NCBI GenBank assembly: GCA_964291295.2
Contig: OZ219754.1
Location: forward strand, 2,912,001-2,976,000
DNA from: an uncultured Candidatus Binatia bacterium
GTDB lineage: Bacteria > Desulfobacterota > Binatia > UBA9968 > JAJDTQ01
Reading direction: 5' to 3'
DNA: 64,000 nt
Shown: in pieces, positions 1 through 12,023 of the stretch
Numbering within the stretch: position 1 is the first letter of the stretch
How the letters are laid out: every line of letters begins with the position of its first letter
Position numbers and translations under genes: made by a program
Notes under the pieces: generated by a model
What the model was told of the DNA's origin: nothing
Databases searched by the model: none
Seen by the model: the letters and a program-made list of their open reading frames with translations, nothing else

Positions 1-141
1 CGTCCCGAATCTTCCCCTGTCGCACCGGATCAGCCCCGCGCCCGGAGTAAGGAAAGCTGAACAACTCCGAGTTCGCCGGAACTGAATCAACAGTATGCGA
101 GCAGCCCCCCCTGTCACGCCATCGCCTTTTTCGGACCTTCT

Positions 142-600
142 CTAGAGCTTGTCCAATTCGGCCAGCAGCTCCGAGTTGTCCGGGATACCGCCCTCGTAAA
201 TCCTGGAGTAGCGCACGCTCCCCTGCTTGTCGATGATGAAGACGGCCCTCTTGGGAAATCCCTGGGGGCGCAGGCAGTCGTACTGCTCGCAGACCGCCCC
301 ATGGGGAAAGAAGTCCGACAGCATCGGAAAGGTGATGCCGCCCATCTGCTCCGCGAACACCTTGTGTGCAAACACCGAATCCACACTCACGCTCAGAACC
401 TGAGCGTCTTTGGCTTCGAAGCTGGCCTTGTCAGCCTCGAAGTTGCTCAATTCCTGCTTTCAGCCGCCGGTGAAGTCCAGCGGATAGAACGCCAACACGA
501 CGTTCTTCCTGCCCGCATAATCGCTCAGGGACACCTTTTCGTCCCGGGACACCGGCAGGCTGAAGTCCGGGGCCTTTTCTCCCACTTCTGGCATTGCCAT
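142..600 (-). CDS. Selenocysteine-containing peroxiredoxin (AhpC/TSA family), 152 aa, Sec47
   Basis: ATG at 600 with SD AAAGGAG; reads [15 protein letters not shown]...[16 protein letters not shown](462..460)-KQELSNF and continues in frame into ORF 142..450; the TGA is at the peroxidatic Cys position of PxxxTxxC; conserved Arg in KRAVFIID. Confidence 0.9.
414..442 (-). promoter_or_regulatory. Putative bacterial SECIS hairpin
   Basis: mRNA CUUCGAGGCUG-ACAAGGC-CAGCUUCGAAG forms an 11-bp stem (one G-U) starting 17 nt after the UGA; flanking UGAGC/GCUCA can extend the stem. Confidence 0.7.
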
Positions 601-655
601 CAAACGATCTCCTTTCCAGGTTTCAGATTTTCCAACGCGTCACGGGGTACAGTGC

Positions 656-1219
656 CTAACATACTTTTCCCGCCTCATAAAGGCGTTCGAAGTCCCGCAG
701 CGCTTCCACCGTACTGGGAAAGGCGAGTTGGTCCCAAGGAATCAGCGCAAGCGGAAAGGCCTCCGCCTCGGTACTCTCGTCCCCGGCCGCGAGGGCTCCG
801 CCCACCACCTCCGCCCGGTAGACGATGATCACGTTGGGCGACCTCGGATACGAATAGACCCCCAGGAGCGAACGCGCCACCACCTCCAGATTGCTCTCCT
901 CCCGGGTTTCGCGGACCGCCGCCTCGGTAGTGCTCTCTCCCCGGTCCACGTAGCCGCCGGGAAAGACCCACTTCCCCATGGCCGGCTCGATGCCGCGGCG
1001 CACCAGCACCACGCCGCCCTCCAGCATGCAGATGGTGCCGGCCACCACCTTGGGGTCCTGGTAGAAGATGAAAGAACAGCACTCGCACACCAGCCGCCCG
1101 GGCTCATGGCTCTTGACCACCCGTTGCACCAGCAACCCGCCGCAACGGGGGCAGAAGCGGTAGCCGCCGCCCCCCGGCGCGTGGTGGTGCTGATGGTGGT
1201 GCTGATGGTGGGCTGCCAT
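656..1219 (-). CDS. NUDIX hydrolase with N-terminal His-rich tract and Zn ribbon
   Basis: HHQHHHQHHH, CPRCG...CECC, Nudix box GGYVDRGESTTEAAVRETREE; ATG overlaps the rluB stop. Confidence 0.9.
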   Translation of the reverse strand: MAAHHQHHHQHHHAPGGGGYRFCPRCGGLLVQRVVKSHEPGRLVCECCSFIFYQDPKVVAGTICMLEGGVVLVRRGIEPAMGKWVFPGGYVDRGESTTEAAVRETREESNLEVVARSLLGVYSYPRSPNVIIVYRAEVVGGALAAGDESTEAEAFPLALIPWDQLAFPSTVEALRDFERLYEAGKVC

Positions 1220-1971
1220 CAACCGCCCTGCTCCGCTGGGAGGTCCACCGTCCGTCTGAGCCGTGCCACCTCTCCCCGGGTCAAGGGGCGTATCTCACCC
1301 CGGCCCAGATGACCCAGGGCAATGGGGCCGAAGTGGCTTCTGACGAGCCGTTCCACAGTGTGGCCCACCGCTTCCACCATCCTGCGGACCTCCCGGTTCC
1401 GGCCTTCCCCCAGTTCGACCCGCAGCCACACCTTCTGCTTCAACCGCCGCAGGACCGCCACCTCCGCCGGCCGCGTCACCCCCTCCGGCAGCCTCACCCC
1501 CCGGCGCAGTCGATCCAGTTGCGCATCCGAGGGCATCCCGCTCAACTTGACCTCGTAGGTCTTGCGGACTCCGTAACGGGGATGGGTCAGGCGGTGGGCC
1601 ACGTCACCGTCGTTGGTCAGCAGCAACAGACCCGCCGTGGCGAAATCCAGCCGGCCCGCGGGAACGACACCCGGCGGATGATTCCCCGCGCGCAGGTAGT
1701 CGGCCACCGAGGGACGACCCTCCGTGTCCCGCATGGTGGTGATGACGCCGGTGGGCTTGTGGAACGCGAGATAGACCCGGGATGCCGCAGCCTGCACCAG
1801 CCGCCCGTTGACGCGAATGCTGTCCCGAGCGGCATCGGCGCGGCTCCCCAGTTCCTGGACGCGACGGCCGTTGACCGTCACGCGGCCCTGGACAATCCAG
1901 TGCTCCGCCTGGCGGCGCGAAGCCAGTCCGGCCTGGGCGATGATCCGTTGAAGGCGTTCGGTGTGCGTCAA
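1219..1971 (-). CDS. rluB: rRNA pseudouridine synthase RluB-like (S4 + RsuA domain)
   Basis: ERLQRIIAQAGLASRR S4 domain, GRLD catalytic motif, EGRNREVRRM; follows scpAB. Confidence 0.88.
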   Translation of the reverse strand: MTHTERLQRIIAQAGLASRRQAEHWIVQGRVTVNGRRVQELGSRADAARDSIRVNGRLVQAAASRVYLAFHKPTGVITTMRDTEGRPSVADYLRAGNHPPGVVPAGRLDFATAGLLLLTNDGDVAHRLTHPRYGVRKTYEVKLSGMPSDAQLDRLRRGVRLPEGVTRPAEVAVLRRLKQKVWLRVELGEGRNREVRRMVEAVGHTVERLVRSHFGPIALGHLGRGEIRPLTRGEVARLRRTVDLPAEQGG

Positions 1972-2588
1972 TCCGGCTTCTCCTCGCGGTTGACGGTGTC
2001 GCCTCGTTCCGGACCGGCATCCGGACGAGCCTCGGCGTCGGACGGATCGGTCTCACTCGGCGCCTGGGTCATCGCTTCCATCTCCCGCAGCGTCGGCAGG
2101 CTTTCCAGATCCTTGAGGTCGAAGGCCTCGAGGAAGTCGCGGGTGGTGCCGTAGAGAAAGGGTTTGCCGGCCACGTCCTTGCGGGCCACGATCCGTATCA
2201 TGCGCCGCTCCAGCAGCGTGGAAACCACGCCGTCCACATTGACGCCACGGATTTCCTCGATCTCCGCCCGGGTCACGGGCTGGCGGTACGCGATGATGGC
2301 GAGGGTTTCCAGATTCGCCCGGCTCATGCGCGCGGGGCGCACCGCGGTAAGGCGGCGCACGAATTCCGCATGCTCGCGGGGCGTCCTCAACTGGTAGCCG
2401 TTGGCCACCTCCGCAAGGCGCAGGCCCCGTCCCGTGCGCTCGTACTCCTGCTGCAATGCGCGCAGGGCGTCGGTGACGTCCTTGCGTGGTATCTCGCCCA
2501 CCGCGCTCCTCAGACGTTCCGCCGACACCGGGCCGTCCGCCGCCAGCAGGAGACTCTCGAGGATCGGCTCAAGGCGTTCACGCTCCAT
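1968..2588 (-). CDS. scpB: SMC-ScpAB subunit ScpB
   Basis: LETLAIIAYRQPVTRAEIEEIRGV; GKPFLYGTTRDFLEAF. Confidence 0.95.
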   Translation of the reverse strand: MERERLEPILESLLLAADGPVSAERLRSAVGEIPRKDVTDALRALQQEYERTGRGLRLAEVANGYQLRTPREHAEFVRRLTAVRPARMSRANLETLAIIAYRQPVTRAEIEEIRGVNVDGVVSTLLERRMIRIVARKDVAGKPFLYGTTRDFLEAFDLKDLESLPTLREMEAMTQAPSETDPSDAEARPDAGPERGDTVNREEKPD

Positions 2589-3351
2589 GGCGGCCCTCCG
2601 GCGAATCCACCATCATGGCCGCGTTGGCTTCGGACAGCGACAGCGTGGGCTCCATGACGATGGGACCCATGCGCTCCTCCTGAAATGCATGCACCGCGCG
2701 AATCCTGATGAGTTCCAGCAGCGCCAGGAACGTGACCACCACCTCCATTCTCGAGCGCGTCGCATCGAACAGGTCATGAAACCGCACGGACGACTTGCGG
2801 TGCAATTCGTCCAGGATGCGGGTCATGCGCTCCCGCACCGACACCGTCTCCTGCACCACCGTGTGCACGGACGGCCCCGGAACCCTCTCCAGCACCCGCT
2901 GCAAGGCCGACATCAGATCGAACACCGAAAGCTGCTCGAAACTCACATCCGTGGCCCGCTCGGGACGGTTGCGACGGACGAACACGTCCCGGTTCAGAAT
3001 CTCCCGCTCCTCCAGATCCCTGGCCGCGTTCTTGAAACGCTCGTACTCCAGCAGGCGGCGGACCAGCTCCTCCCGGGTGTCGCCGGCCTCCTCGCCATCC
3101 TCCTCCTCCTCGTCTTCTTCGTCGGGAGGCAGCAGCGTCCTTGACTTGATGTGCAGCAGGGTCGCGGCCATGACCAGATACTCGCCGGAAACGTCCAGGT
3201 TGAGGCCCTGCATCAACTCCAGGGTTTCGAGGTACTGTTCGGTGATGGTGGCGATGGGAATGTCGGCGATGCCGAGCTCGTTCTTCCTGATCAGATGGAG
3301 CAACAGGTCCAGCGGACCTTCGTAGATCTTCAGTTGAACGTGGAGTGCCAT
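2578..3351 (-). CDS. scpA: Segregation/condensation protein ScpA
   Basis: YEGPLDLLLHLI, EYLVMAATLLHIKSR, VVTFLALLEL; start MALHVQ at 3351 (ORF track is over-extended). Confidence 0.95.
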   Translation of the reverse strand: MALHVQLKIYEGPLDLLLHLIRKNELGIADIPIATITEQYLETLELMQGLNLDVSGEYLVMAATLLHIKSRTLLPPDEEDEEEEDGEEAGDTREELVRRLLEYERFKNAARDLEEREILNRDVFVRRNRPERATDVSFEQLSVFDLMSALQRVLERVPGPSVHTVVQETVSVRERMTRILDELHRKSSVRFHDLFDATRSRMEVVVTFLALLELIRIRAVHAFQEERMGPIVMEPTLSLSEANAAMMVDSPEGRHGA

Positions 3352-3362
3352 GCCGAAGGAGA

Positions 3363-4340
3363 CTACAGCGTCAACGCCGACCGCACCTCGCGCATGGTTG
3401 CCGCCGCCTGTTCGCCGGCCACCCGGTTGCCCTGGGCGAGGATGTCCCGTATCTCGTCCGGCCTGCGGTCGTAGTACGCCTTCCTTTCCCGGAACGGGGC
3501 AAGGTCGTCGACGACGTGCCGAATCATCACCTTCTTGCAGTCCAGGCAGCCGATGCCGGCGCTGCGGCATCCGTCGGACACCTCCCGGATCTCTTCCGGA
3601 GTGCAATAGATCTTGTGCAGGCTGAAGGCCGGACACTTCTCCGGCTCGCCCGGGTCGGTCCTCCGGGCGCGCGCCGGGTCCGTCACCATGCGACTCAGCT
3701 TGCGGTCGATGGTCTCCGGGGAATCCGACAACAGCACGGAGTTGCCGTAGCTCTTGCTCATCTTGCGTCCATCCACGCCCGGCAGCCGCCGGGTCTCCGT
3801 GAGCAGCGCCTCGGGTTCGGGGAACACCGGTCCGTAGAAGCCGTTGAAGCGCCGGACGATCTCCCGGGTCAACTCCACGTGGGGCACCTGGTCCACGCCC
3901 ACGGGAACCCGGTGGGCCTTGTACATGATGATGTCCGCCGCCTGCAGCACCGGATAGCCGAGAAAGCCGTAGGTGGAGAGATCGCGCTCCTTCAATTCGC
4001 GCAACTGCTCCTTGTAGGTCGGGTTCCGCTCCAGCCAGGAAACCGGCGTCAGCATGGACAGCAGCAGGTGAAGTTCGGCGTGCTCCTTGATGTCGGATTG
4101 CCGGAAGATCGTGCACCGCGCCGGGTCGAGGCCGACGCTGAGCCACTCCGCCACCATGGCGCCGGTGCCTTCCGAAATGCCGTCCGGAGACGGGTAGTCG
4201 GTGGTCAGGGCATGCCAGTCGGCGACGAAGAAGAAACAGCGGTAGTCCTGCTGCAGTGCGACCCAGTTGCGCAGCGCCCCGTGGAGGTGGCCCAAGTGAA
4301 GCAGCCCGGTGGGACGCGCCCCGCTTACGATGGTTTCCAT
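3363..4340 (-). CDS. trpS: Tryptophan--tRNA ligase
   Basis: SGARPTGLLHLGH (HIGH), YPVLQAADI, VGVDQVPH, KMSKS. Confidence 0.96.
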   Translation of the reverse strand: METIVSGARPTGLLHLGHLHGALRNWVALQQDYRCFFFVADWHALTTDYPSPDGISEGTGAMVAEWLSVGLDPARCTIFRQSDIKEHAELHLLLSMLTPVSWLERNPTYKEQLRELKERDLSTYGFLGYPVLQAADIIMYKAHRVPVGVDQVPHVELTREIVRRFNGFYGPVFPEPEALLTETRRLPGVDGRKMSKSYGNSVLLSDSPETIDRKLSRMVTDPARARRTDPGEPEKCPAFSLHKIYCTPEEIREVSDGCRSAGIGCLDCKKVMIRHVVDDLAPFRERKAYYDRRPDEIRDILAQGNRVAGEQAAATMREVRSALTL

Positions 4341-4635
4341 GGCATCGATCCTGTCGTCATCCGCCGAAACCGGCTTGGCACGGCGCGCCCCGCCGAAGGG
4401 CCCGTTGCTGAAAGCGTATGGCCGCATGGCCACCGGAAAGGATGGCCCTCGGAACCGGGAATGCCCCGATGGACCGTTGCCGCGGGAACACTTGAGGCAC
4501 GGAACTTTCTTAAGTGACGCACTCCGAAAACACAACACGACGCTCCCTGGTCCGCGCCCGCCCGGATTCCCGCGGGAACGGCGCGCGAACAGCGCTCCGG
4601 AGGGCTACGGACAGCGGGGCCGGGGTGCCGGCGTG

Positions 4636-5553
4636 TCAACGCCTGTCACCGGGCGTCTCCCGTGGATGGAACTGCCGGTGGACCTGCTTGACGCGGCTTC
4701 GGCTCACGTGCGTGTAGATCTGGGTGGTGGCGATGTCGGCATGCCCCAGCATCGACTGAACCGCGCGCAGGTCCGCCCCTCCCTCCAGCAGGTGGGTGGC
4801 GAAGGAATGGCGCAGGGTGTGCGGCGTGACACGGTGCGGCAATCCGGCCCGGCGGGCGTATCCGCGCAACAGCTTCCAGAATCCCTGGCGCGTGAGCGGC
4901 CCGCCGGAACGCGTGAGGAACACATGATCGCTGTAACCGCGGGTCAGGAAGCGCGGGCGCACCTCCCGCAGATACCGCTGCAGCCGGTCCCGCGCCCAAC
5001 GGCCGAAGGGAACCAGCCGGACCTTGGCTCCCTTGCCCCGGACCGTCAGATAGTTGCCCTCCAGATCCACCTGCTGCAGCTTGAGGGACACCAGTTCCGA
5101 GACCCGCAGTCCGCTGCCGTACAGCAACTCCAGCATCGCGCGGTCCCGGGCCCCCAGCGGTTTCGCCTCGTCGGGTTGATCCAGCAGTACGCGCATCTCC
5201 TCGCTGCCGAGGGTCTCGGGCAGGCGGCCCGTGGTGCCCCGGACCGAAAACTCGGGCACCGGATCGCTCGCGATCATCTCCTCCTTGAGCAGGAAGCGAT
5301 AGAACCGGCGCATGCTGCCCAACAGGCGCACGACGGACCGTTCGCTCAGCCGTTGCGCCCGGAGATGGGAGATGTAGGCGCGCAGGTCCGACGCGGCGGC
5401 CTCGCCCCAGGCGCGGACCTCCCGGGCGGAAAGGAACTCGGCCAGCCGGTTCAGGTCACGGCTGTAGGCCTCCAGGGTGTTGGCCCGCAAACCGCGTTCG
5501 ACAACCAGCGTCTCAAGGAAGAGGTCAACCGGCCGCGTCATCTCGTCCGTCAT
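4636..5553 (-). CDS. xerD: Tyrosine recombinase XerD
   Basis: ERGLRANTLEAYSRDL, LYGSGLRVSEL, HTLRHSFATHLL, LGHADIATTQIYTHV, HPR terminus; start at 5553 or 5541. Confidence 0.92.
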   Translation of the reverse strand: MTDEMTRPVDLFLETLVVERGLRANTLEAYSRDLNRLAEFLSAREVRAWGEAAASDLRAYISHLRAQRLSERSVVRLLGSMRRFYRFLLKEEMIASDPVPEFSVRGTTGRLPETLGSEEMRVLLDQPDEAKPLGARDRAMLELLYGSGLRVSELVSLKLQQVDLEGNYLTVRGKGAKVRLVPFGRWARDRLQRYLREVRPRFLTRGYSDHVFLTRSGGPLTRQGFWKLLRGYARRAGLPHRVTPHTLRHSFATHLLEGGADLRAVQSMLGHADIATTQIYTHVSRSRVKQVHRQFHPRETPGDRR

Positions 5554-8206
5554 CTTTCGGCTCCAATTCGCGATGGAGGCCATCGCTCAAGGCCTTGAGG
5601 CGCCCGCTGTCGAATACCTTCCCGCCCTCCTCGTCGGCGACATAGAAGACGTCCGCCACCCGGTCGACGTCGGTGGATATCTTGGCCAGATGAATGGCGA
5701 AGCCCAGTCTCGAGAGCAGGTAGGTGATGGTGAAGAGAACCCCCGGCCGATCCTGGGCGTAGACCTCGACCACGGTGAAGTCATCCGACGCGGCATTGTC
5801 CCAGCGAACATGGACGGACGCCTTCGGTGCGGGCCTGCGCCACCACGAAGGCCGTGACCGACCCACCCGCTCGGCCACATCCACCTTGCCCTTCAGAACC
5901 TGTTCCAGCAAGAGCTCCATGCGCGACCACTTCCCCGCATTCATGACCACCTCGGCCCTGCCCTGATGCGAGATCCGGAAGACGTCGAGAATGAGTCCGT
6001 CCCCGCGGGTATTGATGCGCGCGCTCAGCACGTTGAGTTCCATGGCGGCGAAGACGCCGGCGATGGCGGCGAACAGGCCGGGTTGGTCGCGCGCGCAGAT
6101 GGCGACCTCGCTGTGACCATGCTCGGGACGATGGCGCACCGCCGCCAGAAACGGCTCGTCACGGAGACGCCGCAACAGGCAGTAATGAAGCGGCATGTCT
6201 TCCTCCGGGGTGGTGAGGAAGTAGCGTTTGGGCATGGCTTCGACAAAATCCCGCCGCACCTCGCCGGCGGGATGCGCCGCACCGAGCTGCGCCAGCAGCC
6301 TCTCCTGTATGCGGCGCACTTTCAGATCCTGGTCCGGCCTCGTGTACTCACCCTTTTCGCGCTCTTCCAGAACCTCCAGCGTATGGTTGAAGAGTTCTTC
6401 CAGCAACGACCCCTTCCAATTATTCCACACGTCGGGCCCTACCGCCTTCATGTCCGCGTAGGTCAGGACGTAGAGGGACTTGAGGTTTTCCGCCGTACCC
6501 ATGGTGCCGGCCAGGTCCAGCACGGTCTTTTCGTCCCGGATGTCGCGGCGAAAGGCCGTGCCGGTAAGCGACAGATGGTGGAGCACGAGAAAAGCCAGCC
6601 GTTCCCGCTCGTCGACGTTGAGGCCCATGCGCCCGGCCACCTGCAGCGCCAGGACACGTCCCAACTCCGAGTGGCCGCCGCCCTGACCCTTGCCGATGTC
6701 GTGGAAGAGGATGCCCAGGATCACGATCTCCGGCCGTTCCACCTCCCGGGCCAGCTGTGACAGACGCGGCAGCGAGTCCTCGAACTCTCCCGACCGCAGG
6801 CGCTCGAACTCCCTGACCGCCCGCATCAGATGCTGGTCCACCGTGTAGATGTGGTACAGATCGTGCAGCGCCATGCAGTGGACCCGGCCGAACTCCGGTA
6901 TCAGGGCGTCCAGCACCCCGGCGCGATGCATCTCCTGCAGGGTCTCGTATATCCATTGGTTGCCGCGCAGGATGTCGAGGAACCCGCGGTTGGCCGCGGC
7001 CGATTCCGCCAGGCTACCCGCCAGGGTCTCGACCCAGGATCGGACCACCTCCCGGGAGTCCTCCCCCAGGTGCAGCCGGTGCTCCTGCAGGTCGGCAAAG
7101 AGAGCCAGGAGTTCCTCGGGACGACCGCGCATGCCGGGGGCCACCGCCAGGGCCCGGCCGGTGATGCGCACGCCGGGGCGCCCGGGCCGGGGCCGGGAGG
7201 GATCATGCTCCACCGCGCGGTGGATGACCAGCGACGACAGCCGGCTGACCTCCTGCGCGTGCCGGTAATAGGCGCGCATGAAGGTCTCCACCTGGCTCAA
7301 CGGCCCCTCCGCGTCGAAACCCAGCCCCCGCGCCGCCTGCTCCTGGGACTCGAAGGTCAGCCGGTCCTGATGCCGGCCCGCCAGGAAATGGAGCTCGTTG
7401 CGCGTGCGCCAGAGAAAGTCCCGCCCCCGTTCCAGGGCCGCCGTGTCCCGGGGCTCCAGCAGCCCCGTCCGCGGCAGGTCCGGGAGTCGGACGGCGCCGC
7501 ACTTGGCCCGGGCGACCCACATGGCCGCATGGATGTCGCGGAGACCCCCCTGCCCCTCCTTGACATCGGGTTCCAGCAGGAAGACGGACTCGCCGTGGCG
7601 CCGGTGCCGCTGACCGCGTTCGCTGACCTTGGCCGCCACGAACCGGTCGCGGCCGCTTCCGCCCAGCTGCCGCCGCACCACCTGCTCCAGTTCCGCAAAC
7701 AACTCCCTGTCGCCGCAGAGGTAACGCGCGTCCATCAGGGCGGTGCGGACAACCGGGTCGCGCCGGGCGTGGCGCGCGCACTCCGGCACCGTGCGGGTGG
7801 CGTGGCCCACGGTCAGACCCGCGTCCCACAGCGGATAGAGCAGGCGCCGGGCGACGAGCTCCACATGAGAGGCGGCCCGCCTGCCGTAAAGGAACAGAAG
7901 GTCGATGTCCGACCAGGGATTGAGCTCCCCGCGTCCGTAGCCTCCCTGGGCCACCACCGCGCAGCGTCCCGGCGTTGGCCCGGCTTCTCGCTCCGCCGCC
8001 TCGAACAGGCACCGCAAGACGCTATCGATCATCCCGCCGTGCGCCCGCACCACCGCCGCTCCCGACGCTCCGGAGCGATGGGACTCCAGCAGCAGCCGGC
8101 GCCCTTGGTGGAGAAAGGCGCGGACACCCTCTGCCGGAGGCGCACCCCGGACCTGCGCGTCCGCGAACTCGCACCAGAGCGCGTCCCCTAGCGCGGTTCC
8201 TTGCAT
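5525..8206 (-). CDS. glnD: [Protein-PII] uridylyltransferase/uridylyl-removing enzyme
   Basis: GGYGRGELNPWSDIDLL nucleotidyltransferase motif, HIYTVDQH and LFHDIGKG HD domain, two C-terminal ACT domains. Confidence 0.94.
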   Translation of the reverse strand: MQGTALGDALWCEFADAQVRGAPPAEGVRAFLHQGRRLLLESHRSGASGAAVVRAHGGMIDSVLRCLFEAAEREAGPTPGRCAVVAQGGYGRGELNPWSDIDLLFLYGRRAASHVELVARRLLYPLWDAGLTVGHATRTVPECARHARRDPVVRTALMDARYLCGDRELFAELEQVVRRQLGGSGRDRFVAAKVSERGQRHRRHGESVFLLEPDVKEGQGGLRDIHAAMWVARAKCGAVRLPDLPRTGLLEPRDTAALERGRDFLWRTRNELHFLAGRHQDRLTFESQEQAARGLGFDAEGPLSQVETFMRAYYRHAQEVSRLSSLVIHRAVEHDPSRPRPGRPGVRITGRALAVAPGMRGRPEELLALFADLQEHRLHLGEDSREVVRSWVETLAGSLAESAAANRGFLDILRGNQWIYETLQEMHRAGVLDALIPEFGRVHCMALHDLYHIYTVDQHLMRAVREFERLRSGEFEDSLPRLSQLAREVERPEIVILGILFHDIGKGQGGGHSELGRVLALQVAGRMGLNVDERERLAFLVLHHLSLTGTAFRRDIRDEKTVLDLAGTMGTAENLKSLYVLTYADMKAVGPDVWNNWKGSLLEELFNHTLEVLEEREKGEYTRPDQDLKVRRIQERLLAQLGAAHPAGEVRRDFVEAMPKRYFLTTPEEDMPLHYCLLRRLRDEPFLAAVRHRPEHGHSEVAICARDQPGLFAAIAGVFAAMELNVLSARINTRGDGLILDVFRISHQGRAEVVMNAGKWSRMELLLEQVLKGKVDVAERVGRSRPSWWRRPAPKASVHVRWDNAASDDFTVVEVYAQDRPGVLFTITYLLSRLGFAIHLAKISTDVDRVADVFYVADEEGGKVFDSGRLKALSDGLHRELEPKDDGRDDAAG

Positions 8207-9360
8207 TTCCCCTCCAGCGGCCGCAGCGGGCGGTCTCCCATCGTCCACGCCGCATCGGCGTAGTGCGTGATGCCGCGGAGCAGCCCCTCGGCGATGGCCC
8301 CCTGGAAGTCCGCGCGTTGCAGTGCCCGCGCCTCGCGGCGGTTGCTGACGAAGAACAACTCCGCCAGCGCCGCCGGCATTCGCGCCCCCATCAGCACATG
8401 GAACAGACCCTGCTTCGCTCCCAGGCTCCTGGCGCGCGGATACTGCGTCCGGGTCTTCCGCACCAGCGAGGACTGCAGGTCGCAAGCCAGTTTCCTGGAA
8501 TGGTCAAGGTACGCTTTCAGCTTGAGGTCGCTCAGCGTGATCTGCAGATCCATATCCTGGTCCGTCAGATGCCGGCGCGCGGTTCCGTTCTCCCGCGCGG
8601 CCAGCTTCTCGGCGGTTTCGTTCGTGGGTTTGCCCAGGTAGTATGTCTCCAGCCCGCCGGTGCGCCGATTGTGGCTGGCATTGGCGTGGATGGAAAGGAA
8701 CAGGTCGGCCTTCTCGGCGTTGGCCATGGCCGTGCGTGCCCTGAGCGGAATGAAGACATCCGCGTTTCGGGTAAGCAGCACATCCACCCCCATCCGGCGG
8801 CGGAGCTTCGGCGCCAGCTTCCTGGCCACCTCCAGCACCACATCCTTTTCCTTGAGGCCGCCCGCACCGACGGCGCCGGGATCCTTGCCGCCGTGTCCCG
8901 GGTCCAGCACGACCCTGCGAACCGCCAGTTCGCCGTTGATCTTCACCCCGCTCCGGGGCACCACGTCCACCATCACCCGGTGGGGATTCGACAACCGCAC
9001 CGCTTCGTGGCTGCCGGGGCGCTTGAGGTCGAGGGTGGCGCGCGCGACATCGGCCTTGAACTGGCCCAGCCGGACCCGGCGCACCAGAGGCCCCCCGACG
9101 TTGACGCTGCGCCGCCGGGTGCCCAGGCGGACCCCCTTGAAATCCAGATAGATGCGCGGCGGCAGCCCCTTCGCCGGAACCGCATCCAGGACATGACTCG
9201 TGAGTTTCACCCGGCCGGTCAGATCGAGAATCACCCGCGTATAGTTGGATGCGGGAAGAGACCGCACCCCGGTGAGGCGCACCGCGGGCGCCGCGGCCTG
9301 GACCTCCAACGCCGCGCCCGCGGCCCACGATGCAAGCAGCGCTGCCAGCAGAGGCGCCAA
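8188..9360 (-). CDS. N-acetylmuramoyl-L-alanine amidase (AMIN + Amidase_3)
   Basis: Signal peptide, VVLDPGHGGKDPGA, EK, FLSIHANA, ELFFVSN. Confidence 0.92.
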   Translation of the reverse strand: MAPLLAALLASWAAGAALEVQAAAPAVRLTGVRSLPASNYTRVILDLTGRVKLTSHVLDAVPAKGLPPRIYLDFKGVRLGTRRRSVNVGGPLVRRVRLGQFKADVARATLDLKRPGSHEAVRLSNPHRVMVDVVPRSGVKINGELAVRRVVLDPGHGGKDPGAVGAGGLKEKDVVLEVARKLAPKLRRRMGVDVLLTRNADVFIPLRARTAMANAEKADLFLSIHANASHNRRTGGLETYYLGKPTNETAEKLAARENGTARRHLTDQDMDLQITLSDLKLKAYLDHSRKLACDLQSSLVRKTRTQYPRARSLGAKQGLFHVLMGARMPAALAELFFVSNRREARALQRADFQGAIAEGLLRGITHYADAAWTMGDRPLRPLEGKCKEPR

Positions 9361-11958
<2,598 letters not shown>

Positions 11959-12023
11959 GTCATGCCTTGAGCGAGCATGGGATGCGGCGCCGGACGTCCG
12001 AGGCGGTTCGCCTGCGGTGTACG

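Noticed and set aside
4420-4445. Possible T-box upstream of trpS (GGTGGCCATGCG on the minus strand)
   Set aside because: Lacks the UGGNACC bulge consensus and an evident terminator or specifier stem
4636-5553. Tyrosine recombinase as a phage or ICE integrase
   Set aside because: Length, motifs and core context indicate housekeeping XerD; no att sites or cargo genes
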